From Entomortierella parvispora E1425 (Eukaryota > Fungi > Mortierellomycota), in NCBI GenBank assembly GCA_020891255.1, contig BQFW01000001.1, forward strand, positions 930,001-994,000: a stretch of 64,000 nucleotides of DNA, read 5' to 3'. Shown in pieces: positions 52,911 to 63,512 of the stretch (positions are counted from its first letter, which is position 1; each line of letters starts with the position of its first letter). Made by a program: the position numbers and the translations under genes. The notes under the pieces are model-generated. The model had not been told where the DNA came from. It searched no databases and was given only the letters and a program-made list of their open reading frames with translations.

Positions 52911-53031
52911 TGCAATAGGAGTATCGAGGGTGGAGTGGAGACAAGAAGTGAGTTTTATTATATTGCAAGTTTCTAGCTTTTGTAGGTACACATCGCGTGA
53001 TGTCACCGTATTCCTGTTACACCTTCCCCTT

Positions 53032-54404
53032 TTAAAAAATGATACCGTGCTGCTCTTTGAAGGTTGTGACCAAGTCCATGCAGTTGTCCAAGTTGCTTAC
53101 TGGGAGCCATTCGTCAGCTTCTCTGCCGTAGCCTTTGAATGACACTAGGAACTGGTGTTGTCTGCGGTAGAAGCGGTACTTTAAAATTTCGTCCACTTCA
53201 TACTCCTCTTCGCCGTCAATTACAGTGGGATCCACGGGGGCAGGAGCTCGAATGCCGAGTGACTCCGGGGACGGCAAATAGGGTCGAAAGGTATCAACGT
53301 GGAAGACGTCATGGATTTTGTAGAATGGTGGCAGCTCGACGCGGAAGGTGACAGGTGAGTGTTGCTCCAAAAGTGTGAACGGGCCAAGGAATTGAGGTCG
53401 AAGTTTATCGGCTGGTCTGATACTGTCGGCAGGGATGGTGATATTGGTGGCACGCAGCAGGACCTTATCGCCAACCTTGTACTTGTGATCCCGTCGTCGC
53501 TTGTTTGCCTGTTGCTCCTGATGATCCTGAGCACGCTGCAGAGCATCCTGGGCCAGGGCAAGGGTGGTCGCCTGCTCAGTCAGGAAGGTATCGACAGTGG
53601 GGACTGAGCTGCTGGGTTTACCGAGGAGAGCGGTGGGGAGACGAGGGTGCTGGCCAGAGTTGAGGAAGAACGGCGAGTATCCCGTGGATGCATTGACAGC
53701 GTTGTTATAGGCGAATTCCAGTGACGGAAGGAGCTGGTCCCAGTTAGACTGCTTGTTGTCAATAAACGCTCTCAACATAGTCTTCAGCGTCTTGTTCATA
53801 ACCTCTGTCTGCCCATCCGTCTGTGGGTGGTAGGCGGTTGACAGTGCAAGTTTGACATCCATTAGCCTGTGCAACTCTTGCCAGAATCTACTAGTGAATC
53901 GAGTGTCGCGGTCCGAGATGATGGATGTTGGTGTGCCATGCAGCTTAAAGATGTTGTCAAAAAACTGGTGGGCGACGTCGACGGCTGTGGCAGAGGTAGT
54001 ACTGGGGGCGAAGTGAGCTTGCTTGGTCAGCTTGTCGACAAACACTGTGATGGCGTCAAAATTTCTAGCTGTGGGCGGAAGAGGGCCGATGAAGTCCATG
54101 GTGACTACCTCCCAACGTTGCGAAGGAATGGGTAGCGGTTGCAAGAGTCCAGCTGGTCGATCCTGTGAGTCCTTGTTCCTTTGACACTTCTCGCAGGTTG
54201 CTACATACTGCTGGGTATCCTTGGCGATGTGGGGCCAATATACGAAACGGCGCAGGTTGTCGTAAGTCTTTTGAAAACCAAAGTGTCCAGCAGTGGCAGA
54301 GTCGTGAGCGTCGTGCAAGAGAGTGAGGCGGATCGGGGAGTGCCGAGGGATGGCCAGGGTGGTTGCTCCACGTCGGGTAAAGTAGAGGAGGTTGTTCTGG
54401 AATG
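53032..54404 (-). CDS. Element A pol, 3' part: integrase + chromodomain
   Basis: HDSATAGHFG…CEKCQRNK, VTMDFI, SIISDRDTRFTS, QTDGQTEVMN, GPF (GPY/F) motif and chromodomain EYEVDEILK…VSFKGYG. In frame with the RT part once element B and one TSD are removed. Confidence 0.92.
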
Positions 54405-54616
54405 TGTGATATTCTCGTGGGGTCTTACTTACAAACAATAACCGTCAATAGAAGTCAACGAGAACAAGAGAGGGTTTTATTAAAGACAGGCACCAGCAGG
54501 TCTTTTATAGTCCGGCGGGTGCCAGTCACGGAAGACTCTTAAACATCGGAGAAGTAAAAAAGGACTGCGACTCAGGACTGGCGTCCTGAACCCCATACCT
54601 AGTGCTAAACATCACA
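54405..54616 (-). repeat. 3' LTR of element B
   Basis: 212 bp, TG…CA. TATAAAA at 54509-54503 and AATAAA at 54481-54476 on the minus strand. Confidence 0.97.
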
Positions 54617-55209
54617 GACTCCCCCTCCAGAACTGAACTAGGGAAGTGTTCGTAATGTGTGGCTAGAAGCGGTAGCTAACCGTTCTGAGTAGCCATGATT
54701 AAAGGAAAAAAAACCGTTAGGACGGGCAAAATAAGCCTTTAGTCAATAAGCGAGGGATTGAAACCTCATTGTGAACTAAGCAGATTGTACAAGTCTGTCT
54801 TTGTCACTTGAGAAGTAAACCGTGAAGATCGGGAAAGCTTCTACTCTCAGGCAAAAAATAAAACCTGTGCGAGACAGTGCGTCTGCAGATTGCAACTGTC
54901 TATTACTTAGACTGGCTTGTGCCATGTCATTAGTCAGGGGTGATCTGACTTGTCAAGATGGAAAACGCAAAGCGGACAAAACCATTGACAATGTAGTTGC
55001 ATGAGGAGAGGAATGACAAAAGCAAAAAGCTTGTTTGTCTCACTCACGCACGGGTCAAGGAGTTAGAGCATGCGCGCCCACTCCCCCCGCAAAAAAAAAA
55101 AAAAAATGAAAAAATTTTCTAAGCCACCGCCCATTAGGATGGCCCATCATCTAATTCATTCAACTCAATTCAGCTCCCCATTCCTTTTCACTTTTCTCCC
55201 AGAGGACGA

Positions 55210-58200
55210 CTACAGCTTCGCTCTTTTGTTTCGCTCTGACCTTCGGACAGACTGGACATTGTCAACAGTAAAAGAGACCTTCTTAAGCGCCTTATTCGGG
55301 ACTTTTCGTTGTCTCGTCTCCGTCGCCTGTAGAGCGTGCAGTCTTTTCAACTCTTCCTTCTTGGCCTTCTCCAACTTGCGTTGATGCTTGGCGACCACTC
55401 GCGGATTCTTTTCATTCATGCGTTTCCAGTATTGGTGGACCATCTGGTCTGAGTCAAACCTCTCGTAGGGGATGTAGGAGTCTTCACTATCCTTGTATCC
55501 CTTCCAGTGGACCTTGTAGAGTATTCTGCCGTCTTCAAAAGTATGGCCTTTGATTGATTCTACTTCATAGCTCTCTTCGGAGGGCTTTTCTAGGTCCTGG
55601 GTTACTACGTTGAGCTGCTCAGGTGCATAATGACGAGGAAGAATCTCACCAATTGCGTTTTGTAATTCATAGGCTCCGAAAGCTGTCCTTCTTGTTACTT
55701 TAAAAGGGCCGTCCTTTTTAGGGGTAAGAGCACCTTCGGCAACAGGATCTTCAGCCATGACGAATGCACCAGGTTGTATTTCGCGAATGGTGTGAGATTT
55801 GTTGAACTTATCGATCATTTTCCTTTGGTTACTGGAGCTAAGCTCTGATAACGCAGGAAATACCAGGTGAGTCAAGTATAATAATCTTTTCTCTAATTCT
55901 TCATCATTTAGAAGACGACTCTCGGCCGCTGTGAAGTTTGATATCCCAGGAAATGCTCGACCATAAAATAGTGAGAATGGTGTTGAATTGTGAAGTGACA
56001 CAATTTTGCTGTTCATCTGAAGCTGAACCATGGGTAAGTGCACATCCCAATCAGTAGGGTTTGCTTCAATGTTTTTTCGCAAGATGTCCTTCATTGACTT
56101 GATATGTCTTTCCGCCACTCCGTTACCTCGAGGGTGGTATGGCGTTGAGACTCGGTGGTCAATCTGTAGAGTTTCTGTCAGATTGGTAATAATTTTGTTG
56201 ACAAACTCTAGACCATTGTCGCTTTGGATAATCTTTGGAAATCCAATGTCGCAAAATAGACGAAAGAGACGCTTACTAACTGAAGCAGCATCTTTTGTTT
56301 TCAATTCAAATAGGAAAACAAATCTAGTGCAGACATCGACAACTAGGAGGGCATATTCATTGCCGTCTTTACTTGGTGGAAATTGAGCCAAGTCAATAGC
56401 CAGATGTTCACCAGGGAGTTCTGCGTGAATGGCTTTTTAAAGGGTGGTATCCCTTTCTAGCAATGTTGTACCGCTGACATGATGAACATGATTTAACCCA
56501 GAGGACACAGTCTTCTTTCAATTTGGGCCACGTCATATTGTCTAGCTGGATCATGTTGACCATTGCTGTCGCACCTAGATGACCAAAGGAGTGAGTCCTG
56601 TTCAAGATCTCTCTTCTTTTGGACTTCTCAGGTACTTGTCTATTATCAGGTTCAGGAATTTGATGCATGAAAGGTTTATCAGACAATTGAACGCCTTCTG
56701 CTAGTTTAAGACCTTCTGGACTCATCCGCAGGGCAAAATCTACAGAGTCGATAGTCTCTGCATCTGGAGCTGCCATTGCTGCATTGAATCTCTTACGAGC
56801 CTTAATCTCTGACATCTTGCTTTCCTCCCATAGATCATCAGGAAATGCTCTGGACAATGCATCTGGAATAACATTCAGGATCCCAGGACGATGGATGATC
56901 TTAAAGTCATAGTTGAAGATCGTCTCTTTCCAGTCTGCCATGATGTTGTTCAGATTCTCTTGATCCATCAGGAAGGTCAATGGCTTATGGTCAGTGAACA
57001 GAGTGAAGCGTCTTCCCCACAGGTAATAGTGGAACTTCTTAAGTGTAAAGATAATTGCCAACAATTCTTTCTTGTATGCAGGGTATCGCTTCTCATGATC
57101 ACGCAGTGCCCGAGCCATAAACGAGATGTAATTAATCTTGCTGTCATCTTTTTCTCCCAATGGTAGTTGATACAACATTCCTGCAATACCACGATTGGAC
57201 GCATCGGTTGCAACGTACATCGGAAGTTCCCAAATGACATGGCAAAGGATTGGTGCTTGAGGAATCAATTTCTTAATTCCTTCAAAGCTTCGCATTTGGA
57301 GACTATCCAAAACGAATGGTCCCTTTACGTTTCTCAGGGCATCTAAAGGACTGGCTATGTCACCAAACAGAGGAATATATTCTCTGAAATGGTTGAACAT
57401 TCCCATGTATCTTTGTACCATCTGACCGCTGGTAGGTGGAGCCCATGACTTGATGTTGGCAATCTTTTCAGGATTAATTCTTCTCCCGTACTTGTCAACA
57501 ACAAATCCCAACAGTACAATCTGTGTGCACAGGAAGCGACTCTTCTCTCGATTGATAATGAGTTTTGCTTTTGTTAACCTGTCTATTACAATTTTGACAT
57601 GTTGTAGGTGCTCTTCCTTGGTGTGAGAAAAGATAACTATGTCATCTACATAGATGCAGACAAACGAAAGGTCTCCCAGGAGGTAAGTCATTCCTCTCTG
57701 AAAAATACTTGTCATTGGCTTTAAACCAAAAGGAGCTCTCGCAAACATATATTGCCTCCCCTTGTAGGTGAATGCCGTCAGGGGTTGACTCTCTTTTGAT
57801 AGTGGCAACCGATTGTAAGCTTGAGCAAGATCGAGCGTGGAGTAATAACTGTGACCAGCTGTCTTTTTCAGGATGTCGGCGATCTCAGGTAGCTGAAATG
57901 TATCCGATAACAATAACTGCTTGTTTAACAACCTAGGATCTAAACAGACTCTATATTTTAATATCTTGCCTTCTAGGTCTCTTCTGGCTGATAAGGTCAG
58001 CGAGTTATTGTGTGGATTGCCTTTCGGCGCAGGCACAATCACCCCACTATCCCACCATTTTACGATTTGTTGAGCTACTTCAGCATCTGCTGTCTGCGCA
58101 TGGAATTGTCTTGTCTTGACAAAGACTGTGCAGTTAGGAGGTACTTTGAGTTCAACTCTCATAATCTCCAAGGTACAGTGGCTCTTGGGATCAATCGCGG

Positions 58201-60385
58201 TGTTGAGGTCCAGTAGATTCTGAATCTCTTTCTCAAAAAGGGCTTTGTCTCTGATAAATTCAGCAGTTTTTTCTTCTTCAGGCTTTTCGTCAGGAATGAT
58301 CGGCGGCTTGTCTTCATCATGAATCCAGATGTCAGGTAGAGGAGATGGTTTGGGCATTCGGACACCTCCGATGTAATACCCAAAGCGATGGAATAGGTCT
58401 GCTCCGACATAAAAGTCATAGTAAGGTATGTTCATAACACCCACTTGACAAGAGACCGAACGTCCATTGCAGGCAAGATCTAATTTATCACATGTAAGTA
58501 GGTTCTCTGCCTTAGCTCCTGCTTTCTCCCAGCTCAACTGGATCTGGTAGCTTTGCCACTCGAATTCCCAGCTCTTTAGCAATCGCTGAATCAATGAACG
58601 AATCCGTCGATCCAGTGTCTAGAACTGCTGTAAGTGATTTACCATTGGCAATTAATTCTACCGCAAAACGGTTGTCACCCTCTTGCGCACCTCTGAAAGC
58701 ACAAAGCTTCTTCGTTGGTGGTGTTGGGTCAAACTCATTAAAGTACTTTGAAAATTCAGCAATTTTATTAATACTAACAGTTCCAATTTCTTCTGCTAGA
58801 TTGGCATCCAGACTCGAACTGCGGATCATATCGATTTCTCTAGTGATGGCAGCTAGTCTCTTAGGATTCAATGGAACCAATGGAATTGGGCTACTCTTTT
58901 TCATGGCTGCGACCGCGCGGATAGGACCTTGCTCAGGCCTTGCTTTCTTGAAGGACGGTCGCAACTCAGGGTGCACAAAGTAGCACTTGGAGTGATGATG
59001 CTTCTTGGAGTTGCATCTCTCACTGGTACATGGCTGCTTCTCCTTCTCGCTACGAGGGTGCTTGCCAGTGCTTGCTTGCGGAATCTGCGCCTTCTTCCCA
59101 ATGGTGGTAGAGGAGGAAGCACTCTTTCCTGCAAGTGACTTGAATCTTGACTTGAACCACTTGGCCCAATCAGTCTTGCGACCAGGAAGTGCAGTATTGT
59201 CGGCTCGGAGGCACTCGAGGAACTTCAATACGTTCGGGACATCAGGCAGATTTGGGTAAGTCTTTGTAACTGCTTTCTGGCCCTCATCCGGCAAACCCGC
59301 ATAAAGTGACTGAATGACCAACTTCTCATGCACAGTATCCGTTAGGCCAGACGCTTCTAACAGAAGATCAACCTTGTACGCATAGAGGTGGATATCAGCA
59401 AATGATGCTGAATCCAAAGAGAAAAAGCTTGTTCATCGCCTCAGCTTGCAAGAGCTCGACTCGAAATAACTCCTGGATGCACTTCTCAACTGGAATCCAA
59501 GTGTTGATGGAGCTGTAATCGTAGCACGGAGGAGACTCTGTCTCAATCACATTGTCCATCTGGGTGGCTAGGTCCTTGCCCATTTGCTTGAGCATGTCGT
59601 CTAGCAACTTTACTTCGATACCAGCCTTGCGGAACGCCTTCATCATGTACTGACTCGCCATGATGTCAAACAGACTGCCCAGCTGGATCTTGTAGAACTC
59701 GGAGAACTCACGCATAAACTTGTTGATTGCACGAACGATTTCCATGGCGTCAGTGCTGGCTTGGAAGTTCAGCTTCAGTTCCGGCTCATCGTCGAAGTTT
59801 ATCGGGATCACTCTGGAGAAGTCGATCTTCTCACTGTCCTTAAATACAGGAACGGCCTTTTCTTTCAAGCGCCTGATGTCAATATGATACAGGTTGGAGT
59901 TGTTGAAGGGAATGGCGTAGGCACCGGTGGTTTCGACTGATGGAGTCGTAGTGGTTGGTGTAGGTGTAGACATGGGCGTCTCGCTTCGACCTCTCCAACT
60001 CATGTCCACTGGCTCTCGAGGACAAAACTCCTTCCAGTGATGGTATGCCAGGTCCATGTCTCGGGTCACCGTTTTAATCTTGCTGAATGTGGCATCGATC
60101 TGAGCGCTGTGGTTGCTGAGGATCTTGTCTCTTTCCTCAGGGCCCATGTTCGCATCCTGGTCGAGCTCTTTGGTCGCCTTTCGAAGGGCGTCCTTTTGCT
60201 GCACGAACTTCAGCAGTAATTCGGTCCGCTCAATTGTGACTTTGTCCAGTTCTTTTCTTCATCACATCAGCCATAGAAATAGCTTCTGTCGGAATAGGAA
60301 CGGCGTCGTCATACTCTTGCATTGGGACATCTTCGGACAGAGGCGCTGGAGGGCGCTCTGGACTTGCATCGACCTCGGCACTCAT
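55210..60385 (-). CDS. Element B gag-pol polyprotein, broken into 5 frames by four +1 homopolymer indels; ~1,723 aa if corrected
   Basis: ATG at 60385 (MSAEVDASP…), protease VLDTGSTDSFI, RT CIYVDDIVIF, RNase H VATDASNRG, integrase HSFGHLG…CSSC/AIDL/SDNG/ER, chromodomain YEVESIKGH…VHWKGY. 5176 nt minus 4 = 1724 codons. Confidence 0.9.
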
Positions 60386-60838
60386 AAGGTAACGCTATTG
60401 ATGCGAATGAATACAAAAGAAGCGTTACGCTATGTCTCTTGAATACAGATAGTGAACGCTAACCAGTCAATCGAGTTGGTGGTTTAGACGTAAACAATAA
60501 TATTTTGTTTTGGGACTCAGCCAACAAAAACAAAATCAGTGATATGGACGACAACAGTTGCTGGACTCACTGCAGTGGATCAACCTCTGAACAATGGATC
60601 TACAGTAACAATGTTGTTCGAACAATGTGTGGAGCACAAAGGAGTGATCAAAGAAAAGGGGCACAAAGGACAAGCCGTTGTGTTCTTTCCGATCAACCTG
60701 CACGGGTGGATACGACTGAGAGGAGATCCCAATTACTGTACACTACACAACAGAGAGGATGATCGATTCTCAAAGGATGGATGATCAACCGGACTGATAG
60801 ATGTATAATGGTAATGGATGGATGCCCACTCTTAAGTA

Positions 60839-60850
60839 CGTTGAAAAAAA
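60839..60850 (-). promoter_or_regulatory. Non-canonical primer-binding site of element B (TTTTTTTCAACG)
   Basis: Lies directly 3' of the 5' LTR, lacks the TGG needed for tRNA-CCA priming, and is complementary to CGTTGA+poly(A) of the LTR. Confidence 0.65.
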
Positions 60851-61062
60851 TGTGATATTCTCGTGGGGTCTTACTTACAAACAATAACCGTCAATAGAAG
60901 TCAACGAGAACAAGAGAGGGTTTTATTAAAGACAGGCACCAGCAGGTCTTTTATAGTCCGGCGGGTGCCAGTCACGGAAGACTCTTAAACATCGGAGAAG
61001 TAAAAAAGGACTGCGACTCAGGACTGGCGTCCTGAACCCCATACCTAGTGCTAAACATCACA
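60851..61062 (-). repeat. 5' LTR of element B
   Basis: Matches 54405-54616 base for base by eye. Confidence 0.97.
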
Positions 61063-63512
61063 GAATGAATATCCATTGGCAACCTTCCCATCCAGGCAAT
61101 CCTTGTAGATGGGTCCAAGTCGAGGATCGTCGTTGTAGTCCTGGACAAGCTGGTCACGGACGTCCGGGGACAGGGAGACGCTGAGGTTGTATAGCTCAAC
61201 AGGGTCAGGCTCGCGGTAGTCCGGTCGTCGGGAGAGAGCGTCTGGGACGATGTTGTCAACTCCTCGCTTGTACTTGAAGTCAAAGTCGTATTCCTGAAGC
61301 AACTCCATCCAGCGAGCCTGTCGACGAGTGAGTTTGGGCTGTGTGGGGAAGTGGCGGAGGGTGGCGTGGTCGGTGTGGACGCTGAACTTGGTTCCATCGA
61401 GGTAGTAGCGCCAAGTGCGGAGCGCATGGATGACAGCCAACAGTTCCTGCTCATGGACAGGGTAGTTCCGCTCAGCTGACTGCATTTTCCTGGAAGTGAA
61501 TGCGATGGGATGGGTATTCCCTTCCCGGTCAGTCTGCAGCAGCACTGCACCGATGGCGAAACCGGATGCATCTGTTTCGACAAAGGTGAGGAGATCAGGG
61601 TCGAAGATGCGGAGGACGGGGGCGGAGCAGATGGCGCGTTTGAGCTGAAGGAATGCAGATTGTTGTTCGTCGGTCCATTTGAAGGGAGTGTTGTTGGCGA
61701 GGAGGGAAGAGAGAGGGAGGGCAATCCCTGCAAAGCCCGATACGTACTGTTGATAAAATTGCGCAAGCCCCAAAAATTGCTGGACGTCCTTTGTGCTCTT
61801 GGGGGTGGGCCAGTCACTGATGGCTTTGCTGAGCCCGGCCGATGTTTTGATCCCGTCCTTCGTGATGGTGTGGCCCAAAAATTCAGTTTCGTCTTGCATG
61901 AAGGAGCACTTGCTCAATTTCGCGTACAGACCATTCTTGCGGAGGAGAGCCAGGACGCTTCGGAGATGCTGCAGGTGTTCTTTCTTTGTCTTGGAGTAGA
62001 TCAACAGATCGTCGAGATACACGACAACCCATTTGTCCAAGACTGGATCGAGCACTCGCAACATCATATTGGAGAACGAAGCAGGAGCGTTAGTAAGGCC
62101 AAAGGGAACAACATTGAACTCAAAGTGACCATAGCGACAACGGAAGGCAGTCTTGTGTGTGTGTGGTTCAAAGATACGCTGCTGATGATAACCGGATAAC
62201 AAGTCCAACTTGGAGTAATAGCGTGCTCCACGGAAGCGGTCAAGAAGCTCGTCGATACGGGGCAGCGGGTGTCTGTTCTTCCTGGTGATCTTGTTGAGGC
62301 CACGGTAGTCGACGCACATTCGGAGTGTGCCGTCCTTCTTCCGCACAAAGAGCACGGGGGCGCCATAGGGAGAGGTATTGGGTTTGATAAAACCTGCTGC
62401 TAGCAATTGGTCCAGTTGTTTGCGAAGTTCGTCAAGCTCGGCGATTGAAAGTCTAATGACAGGGCGGAAGGGTGGGTCGGCTGTCGGGTCGGTCTCGATC
62501 TTCATAGCATCACCACGGTCTGGGGGCAGGCCGTCCGGGAGTTTCTCCGGAAAGACATCAGCGAACTCTTCCATGACAATGGACCGCACCTCTGGGGGTC
62601 ATATCGGGAATTGTACGCGGTTGGTCAGTTTCTTCAGAGGGCTCTGGGGTGTTGCGAATAAGGGCCAGGAACACCTCCGAGCCGGGCAGGGTTGCCATGG
62701 AATGAAAGTGCATGTGTGTGAGGAGGAGTCCTTTGGTGCGGCTTTTGGATGTGATCGGCCTTGAAGCCGCGGCAGCTCCATTTGACATCGATTCCATTGT
62801 GAGTGAAATGAAGATCGTTGGTGCGCCAATTGATGCAAGGGTTAACTTTGGTGAGCCAGGGTTTGCCAAGGATGAGGTCGTATTTGTTGAGAGGATAGAG
62901 AATAGGGTTGAGCGAATCGGAGTAGTCGCTGCGGTTGAGGGTGATGGGGACGGTGTGTGATGTGAGGGAGGAAGAGCCATTGGGGAGGAGGATGGGGATG
63001 GGCAAGCATTCAGTGCCGAGGAGCTGGTGTCGCTTTTGAAAAGACGAACTGATAATATTACCTTCTGCACCACCATCAATCAGGATTCTGGCAGCGTGGC
63101 CATTGACAGAACCGATGAAAGTGAGCAGTTGGCTCTCTGCCTTTTGGACAGTGAATTCGTGTAGGCGAATCGCACGACGCTTCAACTTCTTCAACTGACT
63201 TTTGGACAGAGGTACACTAGGTGCCGGCGGTACAGCGAGAGGGTCCGGTTCATCTGTATCGGAGGATCTAGGTAGAGGAGCGGACAGGGCAACTGGAGCG
63301 GGCGAGGCAACAGGTTTTTTGGTTTGGTTTTGGTTTCGGTCCGATAGAACAACCAGAGCATCGTGGATGTGAGTTCGCTTGTCATGATTGGAGTCATGTT
63401 TCTGAGGTGTAGAATCAAGTGAAGTTTTATTTGAGGTACTTAGCTCAGGGTTGTTGGCTACAGTTTCGACAACTGGGGTCCGGACCGACCCTAGTTGCCG
63501 GAGGCTTTTCCC
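61063..63512 (-). CDS. Element A pol, 5' part: protease, RT, RNase H (two +1 indels near 62765 and 62595)
   Basis: ORFs 62634-63194 (protease) and 61051-62589 (RT/RH), bridged by a third frame SKSRTKGLLL…PDMT. Opens in the -1 frame from the slippery site at 63512. Confidence 0.9.
63468..63512 (-). promoter_or_regulatory. -1 programmed ribosomal frameshift signal (gag to pol) of element A
   Basis: Slippery heptamer G GGA AAA (63512-63506), 6-nt spacer, then hairpin GGCAACT-A-GGGTC/GGTCCG/GACCC-C-AGTTGTC. The -1 frame has no stop through to the protease. Confidence 0.8.

Larger units (their letters stand above)
54405..61062 (-). mobile_element. Full-length Ty3/Gypsy chromodomain LTR retrotransposon B, 6,658 bp, 212-bp LTRs, 5-bp TSD GAATG
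   Basis: LTRs 54405-54616 and 60851-61062 (TGTGA…TCACA) appear identical by eye. GAATG at 54400-54404 and 61063-61067. PPT GGAGGGGGAG next to the 3' LTR. gag-PR-RT-RH-IN-CHD order. Confidence 0.97.

Noticed and set aside
52496-52915. Apparent tandem duplication of the chromodomain (double-chromodomain integrase)
   Set aside because: A stop codon, PPT and complete LTR separate the two copies, and they are diverged. They belong to two nested elements.
53032-54438. ORF-track N-terminus MFVSKTPREYH for the integrase
   Set aside because: These residues come from the element B LTR (same text at 60693-60884). The true upstream sequence is the RNase H region at 61063 and above.
54555-54600. Hairpin TCAGGAC-GCCA-GTCCTGA in the element B LTR as a hammerhead ribozyme
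   Set aside because: The CUGANGA and GAAA core elements are absent on both strands.
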